From a virus: a stretch of 64,000 bases of DNA. This document shows positions 17,066 through 26,427 of the stretch, piece by piece. The translations under genes and the position numbers were made by a program. Under the pieces are notes generated by a model. That model did no database searches and had not been told where the DNA came from. It worked only from the letters and a program-made list of their open reading frames with translations. Location: the IMG/VR virus record IMGVR_UViG_3300032893_000021, positions 25,287 to 89,286 of that record, one strand, 5' to 3'. How positions within the stretch are numbered: position 1 is the first letter of the stretch; each line of letters starts with the position of its first letter.

Positions 17066-19369
17066 ATGGCCGCCGCGTACCGCAACAGGGCCGCGTCCGC
17101 CGGGTCGACGACCTCGATCACGGCGACCGTCCCGTCCGGTGTCGTCGACGGCGACGTCATGGTCCTCGTGGTGGCCACGGTCGGCCAGCCGACCTGCACG
17201 ACGCCGACGGGGTGGGCACCCCTGCTCAACAACCTCGCCGCGAACATCGGCCAGCGCTTGTTCTGGAGGGTCGCCGCGTCCGAGCCGTCCTCGTACTCCC
17301 TGACGCTCGGCAGCGCGGTGTACAGCGTGACGACGGTGGTCGCGTTCTCGGGCGTCGACCCGGTCATCCCCACGCCCTCGCAGTACGCCGGTCAGACGGC
17401 CTCCGCGTCGGCGAGCATCGTCTCGCCCGCGCTCGGGTCGTGGGCGTCGTGCAACGGCGTCGACGTGAACTTCGCCGCCTCCCGAGTCGGGACGGCGATC
17501 ACGCAGCCGGGCGGCTACTCGGACACCGGGAACACGAACTCCGGCGGCGCGGGTCAGCTGGAGGCCGAGGCCTCCTACTCGATCCTCAGCGGCGTCACCA
17601 CGGTCGGGTCGGTCACGGCGACGACGTCCGGCGGCGACTACAACTCGGGCCAGCACGTGTTCCTCCGCTCGTCCGGGTCGGTCGGTACGGCCTACGCGGC
17701 CGCCGCCGCGAAGACGACGTCCCTGTACGCGGCCCGCTTCGACTCGGGCTCCGGCTTCGGGGCGGCCTACTCGTCGCCGTCGTCGCCGTCCTCGTACCCC
17801 GCCACGCTCGCCTCGCCGGACAGGGCGACCGCCGTCATCATGGGCGAGTCGTCGCCCGGGTACGACGCGGCGGCGTTCCCGTTCCTGGTCGCCTCCGGCT
17901 GGGGGACGCGCTACGGGAACGCGCCCGGCGCGGTCAACTACCCCAACGGCCTCGCCGCCGTCAGCGGCGCCGTCGCCATGTCGGGGAGCACGACGCCGTA
18001 CCTCGAGGCGTGGCCGTGGAGCGCTGGCTTCGGCTCCAAGTACGCCGACCCGGGGACGCTGCCCGAGGCCGACTGCTACAGCATCGCGTTCACGCCGTCG
18101 AAGGCCGCCGTCATCGTCGGCATCAACGCCTCTCCGTACATCGGGGCGTGGCACTTCGCCTCCGGCTGGGGGTCCAGGTACTCGAACCCGGCGTCGCTCC
18201 CGACCCTGATGGGCAACGCACTGGCCGTGTCGCCGGACGGCAAGGCCGTGATCGCCGGTGACTCGTCGGCGTCGTTCCTGAGCGCGTACCACTGGGACGA
18301 CTCGACCGGCTTCGGGTCCAAGTACTCCGCCCCCGGCACGGCCCTCCCGGGGAGCCCCAACTCGATCGCGTTCAGCCCCGACGGGTCGGTCGTCCTGTTC
18401 GCGCTGAACTCCTCCCCGTACGTCTCGGCCTACGCCTTCAACAGCACGACCGGCTTCGGCTCCAAGTACGCCGACCCGGTGATCGGCCCGGGGGTGGTCG
18501 TCTACGGCGCGGCGTTCACGCCGGACGGCAAGGCGGTCGTGCTCGGGATCTCCGGCTCGCCGTACATGGCGGCGTTCCAGTGGGTTCCCGGCACCGGGTG
18601 GGGATCGCGGATGAACTCCCCGCTCTCGTCGCCCGGCGCGGACATGGGGTTCCCGGTCATCATGGCCTCGCCGCCCGACCAGTACGACCTGTCGGTGCTC
18701 TCCGACTCGCCGCTCGCGTACCTGCGGCTCGACGAGTCGAAGGGCTCCGTCCCGGCCGACTCGTCCGGCAACACGAGGACGTGGGTGTACGGCGGGACGG
18801 TGCGTCAGGGGGTCCAGGGGATCGGGGTCGGGGGCGGCGCGCTCGGCCTCGACGGGTCGACGGGCTACGTGGGCGACACGGCCGACAACTTCATGCCGAC
18901 CGGCAACGGGTCGTGGACCGCCGAGGCGTGGGTCCGGGTCCCGGCGTCGGCGAACGCGCAGGCCGTCGGGTGGGGGGCCTACTCCGCGAACCAGTCGTGG
19001 TTCCTCGGCTGGGACTCGTCGGGGCACATGTACGCGGTGCTCTACGGCGGGTCGAACAACTTCCTCGACACCGCGTCGAACGTCTCGGACGGGGCCCTCC
19101 ACCACATCGCGGCGACCTGGGACGGGACGCACCTCGTCGGCTACCTCGACGGGGTCCGGGGGTCGGGCGGCATCCTGACGCCGGGGATCACGGGGGCCGT
19201 CCCCGCGTCCCAGTCGATCTACGTCGGGGTCTGGTCCGCCTACATGGGCGGGTCGATCTCGCGCGTGGCGCTGTACGGGACGGCGCTCTCCGCCGCGAGG
19301 ATCGCCGAGCACTACGCCATCGGCGCCGCCGTCCCCGGCGTCCGGCTCGTCCGGCACAGGTCGGTCTGA
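17066..19369 (+). CDS. multidomain adhesin/receptor-binding protein (beta-sandwich, beta-propeller, LamG/ConA-like)
   Basis: Repeated GFGSKYxxP/IAFxPDG blades; C-terminal SPLAYLRLDE, WTAEAWV, HHIAATWDG, ISRVALYGTALS. Confidence 0.8.
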   Translation: MAAAYRNRAASAGSTTSITATVPSGVVDGDVMVLVVATVGQPTCTTPTGWAPLLNNLAANIGQRLFWRVAASEPSSYSLTLGSAVYSVTTVVAFSGVDPVIPTPSQYAGQTASASASIVSPALGSWASCNGVDVNFAASRVGTAITQPGGYSDTGNTNSGGAGQLEAEASYSILSGVTTVGSVTATTSGGDYNSGQHVFLRSSGSVGTAYAAAAAKTTSLYAARFDSGSGFGAAYSSPSSPSSYPATLASPDRATAVIMGESSPGYDAAAFPFLVASGWGTRYGNAPGAVNYPNGLAAVSGAVAMSGSTTPYLEAWPWSAGFGSKYADPGTLPEADCYSIAFTPSKAAVIVGINASPYIGAWHFASGWGSRYSNPASLPTLMGNALAVSPDGKAVIAGDSSASFLSAYHWDDSTGFGSKYSAPGTALPGSPNSIAFSPDGSVVLFALNSSPYVSAYAFNSTTGFGSKYADPVIGPGVVVYGAAFTPDGKAVVLGISGSPYMAAFQWVPGTGWGSRMNSPLSSPGADMGFPVIMASPPDQYDLSVLSDSPLAYLRLDESKGSVPADSSGNTRTWVYGGTVRQGVQGIGVGGGALGLDGSTGYVGDTADNFMPTGNGSWTAEAWVRVPASANAQAVGWGAYSANQSWFLGWDSSGHMYAVLYGGSNNFLDTASNVSDGALHHIAATWDGTHLVGYLDGVRGSGGILTPGITGAVPASQSIYVGVWSAYMGGSISRVALYGTALSAARIAEHYAIGAAVPGVRLVRHRSV

Positions 19370-19379
19370 GGAGGCGGCG

Positions 19380-19928
19380 ATGGCGTACTACGCGCCCGAG
19401 GTCATGCCGATCGGCGGGATCATCCTGTGGTCCGGCTCGATCGCCTCGATCCCCTCCAACTGGCAGCTGTGCGACGGCACGAACGGGACGCCCGACCTGC
19501 GCGACAAGTTCGTGGTCGGCGCGCGACAGGACAACGCGGGCGTCGCCAACACCAACCTGACCGGGTCGCTCACCCAGTCCGGCGCGGCGGCCGCCTCGAG
19601 CCACTCGCTCTCCACGAGCGTCGCGGTCAGCGCCCATACGCTGTCCACGAACGTCTCGCTCTCGAGCCACACCCTGACGACCAACGTCGCGATCGCGGCC
19701 CACACCCTCAACACGTCGTCGACCTTCCGGACCTCGTCCGCCTCGACCTCGGCGGCCGTCACGGGGCCGACCAGCCTGACGCACACGATCACCCAGCCCG
19801 TGGTTGGAGACCACTCGATCACCCAGCCGGTCGTCTCCGCCCACTCGATCACCCAGCCGGTCGTCGCCGACCATACGACCGCCTGGCCCGGCTACTATGC
19901 GCTCGCGTACATTCAGCGAATCGCGTAG
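19380..19928 (+). CDS. tail collar-domain fibre protein
   Basis: PIGGIILWSG...WQLCDGTNGTPDLRDKFVVGA and C-terminal YYALAYIQR; internal His-led 10-11 aa repeats. Confidence 0.85.
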   Translation: MAYYAPEVMPIGGIILWSGSIASIPSNWQLCDGTNGTPDLRDKFVVGARQDNAGVANTNLTGSLTQSGAAAASSHSLSTSVAVSAHTLSTNVSLSSHTLTTNVAIAAHTLNTSSTFRTSSASTSAAVTGPTSLTHTITQPVVGDHSITQPVVSAHSITQPVVADHTTAWPGYYALAYIQRIA

Positions 19929-19943
19929 AGGGGAGCATGGCCG

Positions 19944-20213
19944 ATGAAGGCGAAGGTCTTCGAGGAGGAGGTCGCGCGCCTCCGGGAATCCCTGCCGGAC
20001 GGCTGGGCATGGACCGGCCTCAAGCTGCACGACGAGACCACGGACGAGATGCACGGCGAGATGTGGACCGCGACCGTCCGCTCCAGGCTGCCGCCGCTCG
20101 ACGGGTCGGGCGGCGTCATCCTCTGGGAGCGGGAGGGCCCTCCGAGGGCGACCCCGGCCGACGCGCTGGACGCCGTCAGGGGGGAGATCAGGAAGCAGGC
20201 GCGCCGTGGGTAG
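19944..20213 (+). CDS. hypothetical protein
   Basis: ORF in operon, overlapping the next gene. Confidence 0.5.
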   Translation: MKAKVFEEEVARLRESLPDGWAWTGLKLHDETTDEMHGEMWTATVRSRLPPLDGSGGVILWEREGPPRATPADALDAVRGEIRKQARRG

Positions 20214-20952
20214 GGGGAAGGCCTCGAAGGCCGGGACCGCCCCCGCCGCCGTGCAGGACCCCCCGCCCGGGGACGTGTTCGTCGCCGAGGCCCCCGTCCC
20301 GGACCGCGAGGACTCGGTCCTGATCGGCTGCCCGACGTACAAGGGCCTCGCCCCGATCCTGAAGGAGTGGCTCGAGCACGTCGCCGCCCTCCACTGGAAG
20401 AACCGCCGGACCATCCTGGTTGACAACACGGCCGACGGCGGGAAGTACGCCGACCGGGTCAGGCGCAAGTGGACGAAGGTCTACGGCGACCTCGACGTCC
20501 GCCACGTCGAGCCCTCGAAGGACTGGGAGGATACGTTCTACCGCTCGTGGAGGGTGATCGCGGACCACGCCGAGTTCAACGGGTACGACTGGGTCTGGAG
20601 CCTCGAGCAGGACGTGATCGTCCCCGAGCTGACGCTCGACACGCTCCTCAACGTGGCTGGCTACATCAAGGCCCCGTTCGTGACCCACACCTACCCGTAC
20701 CATAACGGCCGCCCGGGGTACTACCAGGGCCTCGGGTGCACCCTGATGAAGATGGAGCTCCTGATCGGGGCCCTCGGGATCGCGTACAAGCGGGTGCCGC
20801 TGGTCGAGGGAGCGGTCTACGACGTCGCCAAGCGCGGCACGCACGCGTCGCTCCACGAGGTCCTCGCGATCGAGCACCGCGACAACGACGGCCGGTACTG
20901 GCAGTTCGGCACCCTCGACGGCGAGGAAGCCGCCGTCCGCATCGAGCCGTAG
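20206..20952 (+). CDS. GT-A/GT2-like glycosyltransferase (ExD variant)
   Basis: VLIGCPTY, ILVDNT, WSLEQDVIVP, GLGCTLMK. Confidence 0.75.
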   Translation: MGRGKASKAGTAPAAVQDPPPGDVFVAEAPVPDREDSVLIGCPTYKGLAPILKEWLEHVAALHWKNRRTILVDNTADGGKYADRVRRKWTKVYGDLDVRHVEPSKDWEDTFYRSWRVIADHAEFNGYDWVWSLEQDVIVPELTLDTLLNVAGYIKAPFVTHTYPYHNGRPGYYQGLGCTLMKMELLIGALGIAYKRVPLVEGAVYDVAKRGTHASLHEVLAIEHRDNDGRYWQFGTLDGEEAAVRIEP

Positions 20953-20962
20953 CCGGGGCTGA

Positions 20963-23900
20963 TTGAGCCTCCTCACACTCCTCCACGGGGCGTCGACCGG
21001 CGGCGGGACGACCTACACCTCGACCCTGACCGCCAGCATGTCCCCGGCCGCCTCGTCGTTCTCAAGGGCGTCGAAGCGCGCGCTGACCGCCACGGAGGGT
21101 CCAGCCGGGGCGCTCGCCCGCCTGTCGGCCAGGGCGATGGCCGCCTCCGTCACCCCGTCCGGCTCGGCCGCCCGCCGCACGGCGCGCTCGCTGGCGGCGT
21201 CCGTCAGCCCGGCCGGTGTCCTCCTGCGGGCCCTTCCGCACTCGATGACCGCCTCAATGGGCCCGGCGGGCGCCGCCGCCCGGCGGACGGCCCGGGCCCT
21301 TGCGGCGTCCTCCGGCCCGGCCGGTTCGCTCGTCCGCACCGGGATGCCGGTCAGGATGACGGCCTCGGAGTCCCCGTCCGGGTCGGCGGCCCGGCGGACG
21401 GCCCGCGCCCTCGCGGCCTCCGTCACCCCGGCCGGGGCCCTCTCGCGCTCGGCTTCGAGGGCCCTGTCGGCTACCATCTCGCCTGCGGGGTCGGCGGCCA
21501 AGCGGGCGGCGCGCTCGCTGACTGCGGCCGAGGGTCCGTCCGGGTCGCTGCTCCGCTTCACGACGCGAACGCTCGCCGGGTCCATCGGCCCGGCTGGCGC
21601 TGCCGCTCGGGCGTTCCCCCACGCCCTCGCCGCCTCGATCGGGTTCGGCCCCCCAGGCTCGTCCGGCCTCGGCGCCCTGCTCGGCGCCGCGGTCCCCGGC
21701 TCGACCGTCCTCGGCTCGTACGGCGCCGCCGCGACCGACGCGCTGACGAGGTCGACCAGGCGCGCCCTCGCGGCCGCGGCGTCCTCGTCTGGGGCGCTCG
21801 GAAGGGCCGGGATGCCGGTCCGCCTGACGGCGGCGATCGGGCCCGCAGGGGCCGCCGTGCGCTCGACCGCCAGGAAGCTCTCGGCCTCAGTCACCCCGGC
21901 CGGGACGGTCCTCCGGGCGTACGTCCGGGCCCTCGCGGCCTCCGTCGCACCGGCCGGTGCGCTGGCGCGCGCATCCGCAGTCCCGCTCTCGGCCTCGATC
22001 TCGTCGGGCGGGGCGTACGCTCGCCGCACCTCGAGGGCGCTCGCGGCCGCCGTCTCCCCGTCCGGCGCGGCGGCCAAGGCCGTTGCGAGGGCGCTGGCCG
22101 CCTCGGTCACCCCGACCGGGACGGTCCTGCGGGCCCAGGTCCGCGCCCTCTCGGCCTCCGTATCCATGTCGGGGTCAGTCTCGCGGAGCGCCGCCCGGTC
22201 CCTCGCGGCGTCGATCGGACCGGCTGGCGCCGCCGTCAGGTCGACCGCACGGGCCCTCGCCGCGTCCGCCTCGCCGTCCGGCGTCCTCGGCCGGGCCGGG
22301 ATGCCGGTCAGGATGGCCGCCTCGGTCACGCCAGCCGGGGCCGCCGCCCGCCGCACGGCGAGGGCGCTTGCCGCCGCCGTCGCCTCCTCGGGCGCCCTCG
22401 CGCGCTCGGGGATGCCGGTCAGGATGACGGCCACGATCGGCCCGGCCGCCTCACTCACCCGCTCGTTCCCGTACCGCCTCGCCGCGTCGATCGGCCCGGC
22501 CGGGACTCTCGCCAGGTCCGCCGCGCGCCAGCTGGCCGCGTCCCTCTCGCCCGCCGGGGCCGTCCTCCGGGCGCAGGTCAGGACCCTGGCAGCGTCCGTC
22601 ACCCCGTCCGGGGCCGCGTCCAGGAGGACGGCGCGCCCCATGCCAGCCTCGCTGTCGCCAGCCGGGGCGGCCGCCCGCGCCGTGGCAAGGGCGCTCGCCG
22701 CGTCCGTCTCGCCCGCCGGGGCGATCGGCCGGGCCGGGATGCCGGTGCGGATGACGGCTGCCCTCGCGGCATCCGGCGCCGCCGCCCGGCGGACGGCCCG
22801 CGCCCTGATCGCCTCCGCGTCCCCGGCCGGGGTCCTCGTCCGCACCGGGATGCCGGTCCGCCTGACGGCGGCCGTCGCACCGGCCGGTGCCCTGCTCAGG
22901 GCGTTCCCCTACCGGCTCGCGGCGTCCGTCGCGCCAGCCGGTGCGATCACCAGGTCGACTGCCCGCGCCCTGTCCGCGTCGCTCTCCGCGGCCGGTTCGG
23001 CCTCGCGCGGCTTCCCGTACAGGATGACGGCCTCGGTCAGCCCGGCCGGGACGGTCCTGCGGGCGTTCCCGTACCGGCTGGCCGCGTCGGTCACCCCGGC
23101 GGGCGCCGCGGCCCGGCGGACGGCGCGCCAGCTGGCGGCCTCGGCCTCGCCGTCCGGCGTCGTCTGGCGCTCCTTCCCGTACCGGCTCGCGGCCGCGTCA
23201 CTCTCTCCTGCCGGGGCCGTCCTCCGGGCGCTCCCGCACACGATGTCGGCAGCCGTCTCCCCGGCCGGGTCCGCGGCCCGCCTGACGGCGCGCAGGCTGG
23301 CGGCGTCCGTCGGCCCGTCCGGCTCGATCGCCCGGGCGGCCTCCAGGGCCCTGTCCGCGTCGATCGGCCCCGCGGCCTCGCTCGCACGCCTGGCGGCCCG
23401 GGCCCTCGCGGGTGCCCTGTCGCCCGTCGGGTCCCTCGAGTCGTCCGGCGGCAGGTTCGTCTACCTGACGGCCGCGATCACGACGTCCGCGTCGGTCGCC
23501 ATGTCGACCTCGAGGAGGCTCGCCGCCGCCCTGCCACCGGCCGGTGCGCTGGCCAGGGCGCGCCTCGTCTCGCTCGCGGCCGCCCTATCGTCGTCAGCCT
23601 CGCTGGCCCGGCGCACGGCCCGGGCGCTGGCCGGGGCCTCGTCACCCGCCGGGGCGGCGTCCCTCAGGACCGGCGTCCCGCTCGCCGGGACCGCCTCCCC
23701 GGCCGGTTCGGCCTCGAGGTCCACCGCCAGGAAGCTCTCCGCCTCGGCCTCCCCGGCCGGTTCGCTCGCCCGGGCGGCCTCCAGGCAGCTCGCGGCCGCC
23801 GTCTCCGCCTCGGGCGCCCTCACCCGGCGCACTGGCCGCCTCCTCGCCGCGTCGGCCTCGGCGTCCGCCTCGCTGGCGCGGGCGTCCTCGAGGGCCCTGT

Positions 23901-24589
23901 CAGCCGCGCTCGACGCGGCCGGGTCACTCGCGTGGTCCCATCTCGGGCCGACCCTGGTCGATCTGGCCGCGTCGCTGTCCCCGTCCGCCGCGCTGGCCAG
24001 GACGACCGCTCGCGGGCTGGCCGGGGCGGCCTCACCGGCCGGTGCCCTGTCGCGCGTCGGGACGAGGGCGCTGGCCGCGTCGGTCTCGCCAGCGGGCGCC
24101 GCCGTCCGCAGGACGGCGCGGAGCCTCGCCGGGGCACTCGGGGCGGCCGGGGCGGCCTCGAGGTCCACCGGCGTCCCGCTCGCGGCCTCGATCGCCTCGG
24201 CCGGTTCGATCCTGAGGACGAGGCCGGTCCAGCTCGCCGCCGCCCTCACGTCCGCCGCCGCCCTCGCCCGCTCGACGGCTCGGTCCATGACGGCCTCGAC
24301 GCTGCCCTCGGGGGCGATCGCGCGCCGCGTCTCGGTGGCCCTCCGGGCGGCCCTCGGCCTCCTCGGCTTCCTCGCGTCCCAGTTCAGGCCGAGCATCCGG
24401 GCCGACCGCGTCTCCGCCGCCGACTACGCCGCCTTCTCGGCCGCGGCGTCCGACGCGGCGGCGGCTACCGTCGCGACGGCCGATGGGGTAGCCTTCGGCG
24501 TGGGGACGGCGGACTCCGCCGGGCACGCCGTCGCCCAGGCAGCCTCGGCGACGTACGCCGTCGCGGTGTCGGACGCCCTGACGGACTGA
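20963..24589 (+). CDS. 1208-aa Ala/Ser/Thr/Arg-rich repeat fibre protein
   Basis: Dozens of ~18-19 aa repeats of the type RALAASVTPAGAAARRTA. Confidence 0.75.
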   Translation: MSLLTLLHGASTGGGTTYTSTLTASMSPAASSFSRASKRALTATEGPAGALARLSARAMAASVTPSGSAARRTARSLAASVSPAGVLLRALPHSMTASMGPAGAAARRTARALAASSGPAGSLVRTGMPVRMTASESPSGSAARRTARALAASVTPAGALSRSASRALSATISPAGSAAKRAARSLTAAEGPSGSLLRFTTRTLAGSIGPAGAAARAFPHALAASIGFGPPGSSGLGALLGAAVPGSTVLGSYGAAATDALTRSTRRALAAAASSSGALGRAGMPVRLTAAIGPAGAAVRSTARKLSASVTPAGTVLRAYVRALAASVAPAGALARASAVPLSASISSGGAYARRTSRALAAAVSPSGAAAKAVARALAASVTPTGTVLRAQVRALSASVSMSGSVSRSAARSLAASIGPAGAAVRSTARALAASASPSGVLGRAGMPVRMAASVTPAGAAARRTARALAAAVASSGALARSGMPVRMTATIGPAASLTRSFPYRLAASIGPAGTLARSAARQLAASLSPAGAVLRAQVRTLAASVTPSGAASRRTARPMPASLSPAGAAARAVARALAASVSPAGAIGRAGMPVRMTAALAASGAAARRTARALIASASPAGVLVRTGMPVRLTAAVAPAGALLRAFPYRLAASVAPAGAITRSTARALSASLSAAGSASRGFPYRMTASVSPAGTVLRAFPYRLAASVTPAGAAARRTARQLAASASPSGVVWRSFPYRLAAASLSPAGAVLRALPHTMSAAVSPAGSAARLTARRLAASVGPSGSIARAASRALSASIGPAASLARLAARALAGALSPVGSLESSGGRFVYLTAAITTSASVAMSTSRRLAAALPPAGALARARLVSLAAALSSSASLARRTARALAGASSPAGAASLRTGVPLAGTASPAGSASRSTARKLSASASPAGSLARAASRQLAAAVSASGALTRRTGRLLAASASASASLARASSRALSAALDAAGSLAWSHLGPTLVDLAASLSPSAALARTTARGLAGAASPAGALSRVGTRALAASVSPAGAAVRRTARSLAGALGAAGAASRSTGVPLAASIASAGSILRTRPVQLAAALTSAAALARSTARSMTASTLPSGAIARRVSVALRAALGLLGFLASQFRPSIRADRVSAADYAAFSAAASDAAAATVATADGVAFGVGTADSAGHAVAQAASATYAVAVSDALTD

Positions 24590-24600
24590 GGAGGCGCTCA

Positions 24601-24927
24601 GCGAGCGAACCGCCCAACCGGTACACCGTAGGGAATGCCGTCACGGTCTCCGGGACCTACACGAACAAGAAGACGGGCTCCACGGTCGACCCCGACGTGG
24701 CATGCGTCGACGTGGTCGACCCGACCGGCAAGACGACGACGTACCGCACGGACGACGTCGGGTCTCCGATCGTCCGCGCCTCGTCCGGCGTCTACACCCT
24801 CGACGTCGACACGTCCGCGAAGCCGGGCCGCTGGCAGTACCGCTGGTGGTCTCCGCCCGGCGGCTCGGTCCAGACAGCCGGGGCGGGCGAGTTCCTCGTC
24901 TCGGCCTTCCCGGCCCCGGTCCCGTGA
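24601..24927 (+). CDS. small Ig-like virion protein (start codon unclear)
   Basis: VDP..V..PTG...Y...IVR.SSGVYTLDV...GRWQYRW; GAGGAGG SD but GCG at the expected start position. Confidence 0.6.
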   Translation, partial: ASEPPNRYTVGNAVTVSGTYTNKKTGSTVDPDVACVDVVDPTGKTTTYRTDDVGSPIVRASSGVYTLDVDTSAKPGRWQYRWWSPPGGSVQTAGAGEFLVSAFPAPVP

Positions 24928-25283
24928 CGGAGCAGTACGCCAACGGCGCCAGGACGACCGTCGCCTCGCCGGTCGGGAGCGGCGACGGGACGGTGTCCGT
25001 GGCGAGCGCGACCGGGTTCCCGACGTCCGGGAACTTCCGGCTCCTCGTCTGCCGCGCCGACCTGACGAACGCCGAGCTGATGCTCGTGACCTCGGTCGCC
25101 GGGACGACCTTCACGGTCTCGAGGGCGGCCGAGCCGTACGGCGGCGCCCAGAGCGCCGTGTCCCACGCGTCCGGGGAGGTCGCGGCCCACGTCCTGACGG
25201 TCGCCTCGCTCCCGACCGGCGGGGCGGCCCCGCCCGCGGTCACGGCGGCTGCGCTCCTCTACGCCTACCAGAACATGAGGTGA
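24924..25283 (+). CDS. virion structural protein
   Basis: YANGARTT, SVASATGFP, ELMLVT...FTVSRA.E...H.SG..V.H.LT (fibre N-terminal type). Confidence 0.65.
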   Translation: MTEQYANGARTTVASPVGSGDGTVSVASATGFPTSGNFRLLVCRADLTNAELMLVTSVAGTTFTVSRAAEPYGGAQSAVSHASGEVAAHVLTVASLPTGGAAPPAVTAAALLYAYQNMR

Positions 25284-25287
25284 CCTG

Positions 25288-25710
25288 ATGGCTGCCGGGA
25301 CGAGCCCCATCTTCTACGCGACCCCGAAGACGGCCGCCGTTCAGTTCGCGAACGGCGACGGCACGTCCCTGAAGACGCTCCTCACCGCTGGCTCGAACGG
25401 CAGCCTCGTCCTGGGCGTCGAGGCGACCACGACCGACACGGCCGCCAACGACGTGGGCCTCTACGTCCAGATCGGCGGGTCGGGCACCAACTACCCGATC
25501 GGCGGCAAGCGGGTCCCGGCCGGGTCGGGCGACGCAACCGCCTCCAACCCGACCGCGGCCGTGCAGGTCCTCGACGTCGGCCAGTTGCCGTTCCTGCTGC
25601 CTGACGGCACGCTCCAACTCGGCGCGGGCGACGTTCTGAAGGCCGGTGTGCAGGCGGCCGTGACCTCGGCCAAGACGCTCACGCTGCTCGCCCAGTACGG
25701 CGACTTCTAG
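25288..25710 (+). CDS. virion structural protein
   Basis: GAGG SD; PIFYATP...LLTAGSNGS...QYGDF. Confidence 0.6.
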   Translation: MAAGTSPIFYATPKTAAVQFANGDGTSLKTLLTAGSNGSLVLGVEATTTDTAANDVGLYVQIGGSGTNYPIGGKRVPAGSGDATASNPTAAVQVLDVGQLPFLLPDGTLQLGAGDVLKAGVQAAVTSAKTLTLLAQYGDF

Positions 25711-26427
25711 GTGTCGAGGGTCCTCGTCCCGAGCAAGCACGCAGGGGTCCCGAGGCAGCAGGCCGTCCCGTTCCCGGGCGCCTCCAAGTGGTCCAACCCT
25801 GTCTGGATGCGGCCTGGGCTGTCGAGCCCCTACGCCCGCGACTTCACGGCCATGCCGGGCCGGGCGTCCCTCGACCGCGTCGTGCGCAACCGCGGCTTCT
25901 CCACGCCGTCGACCAGCATCCTCGTGCCGGGCGGAGGGCAGCCGGTCGAGGTGTACTTCGACACGCAGGGAGCCGCGGTCTACTGGCAGGCCCCCCCTGG
26001 CGACTGGGAGATCGTCGTCGAGTTCAGCGGCTACTCTGCTGGCAATGGCGGAATCGAGATGGTCGGCCCGTTCACCGTCGACGCCTCCGGCACGGGGCAG
26101 GCGTGCACCCAGTACAACAACCCGGCCGGAGTCGTCAACTGGGGCCTGTCGAGCTGGGCGTACGCCTCGTCCGGCAACACCGCGACGTGGACCGGCGGTC
26201 CATTCAACGACCAGCGCCGCATGTGGCAGACCCTGAGGAAGTCCGGCACGGCGTACACCGGCAAGCACAGCGACGACGGGTCGACGTGGACGTCGTACCA
26301 GACGGCCAACACATGGGCTGGCACGCCGGTCTGGATCGGCGTGGGCCGGTTCTACACCGCGATCCAGTTCTGGTGGCGGCTGTGGCGGGTCACGGTCTGG
26401 CCCGGCCCGACGTTCTTCCCAGGCTGA
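25711..26427 (+). CDS. putative ConA-like lectin/receptor-binding protein, copy A
   Basis: PPGDWEIVVEF, LRKSGTAYTGKHSDDGSTW; Trp-rich beta protein. Confidence 0.6.
   Translation: MSRVLVPSKHAGVPRQQAVPFPGASKWSNPVWMRPGLSSPYARDFTAMPGRASLDRVVRNRGFSTPSTSILVPGGGQPVEVYFDTQGAAVYWQAPPGDWEIVVEFSGYSAGNGGIEMVGPFTVDASGTGQACTQYNNPAGVVNWGLSSWAYASSGNTATWTGGPFNDQRRMWQTLRKSGTAYTGKHSDDGSTWTSYQTANTWAGTPVWIGVGRFYTAIQFWWRLWRVTVWPGPTFFPG

Noticed and set aside
20963-24589. CRISPR-like or non-coding repeat array
   Set aside because: Repeats are degenerate, in frame and conserved at the protein level; no constant repeat/unique spacer pattern and no cas genes
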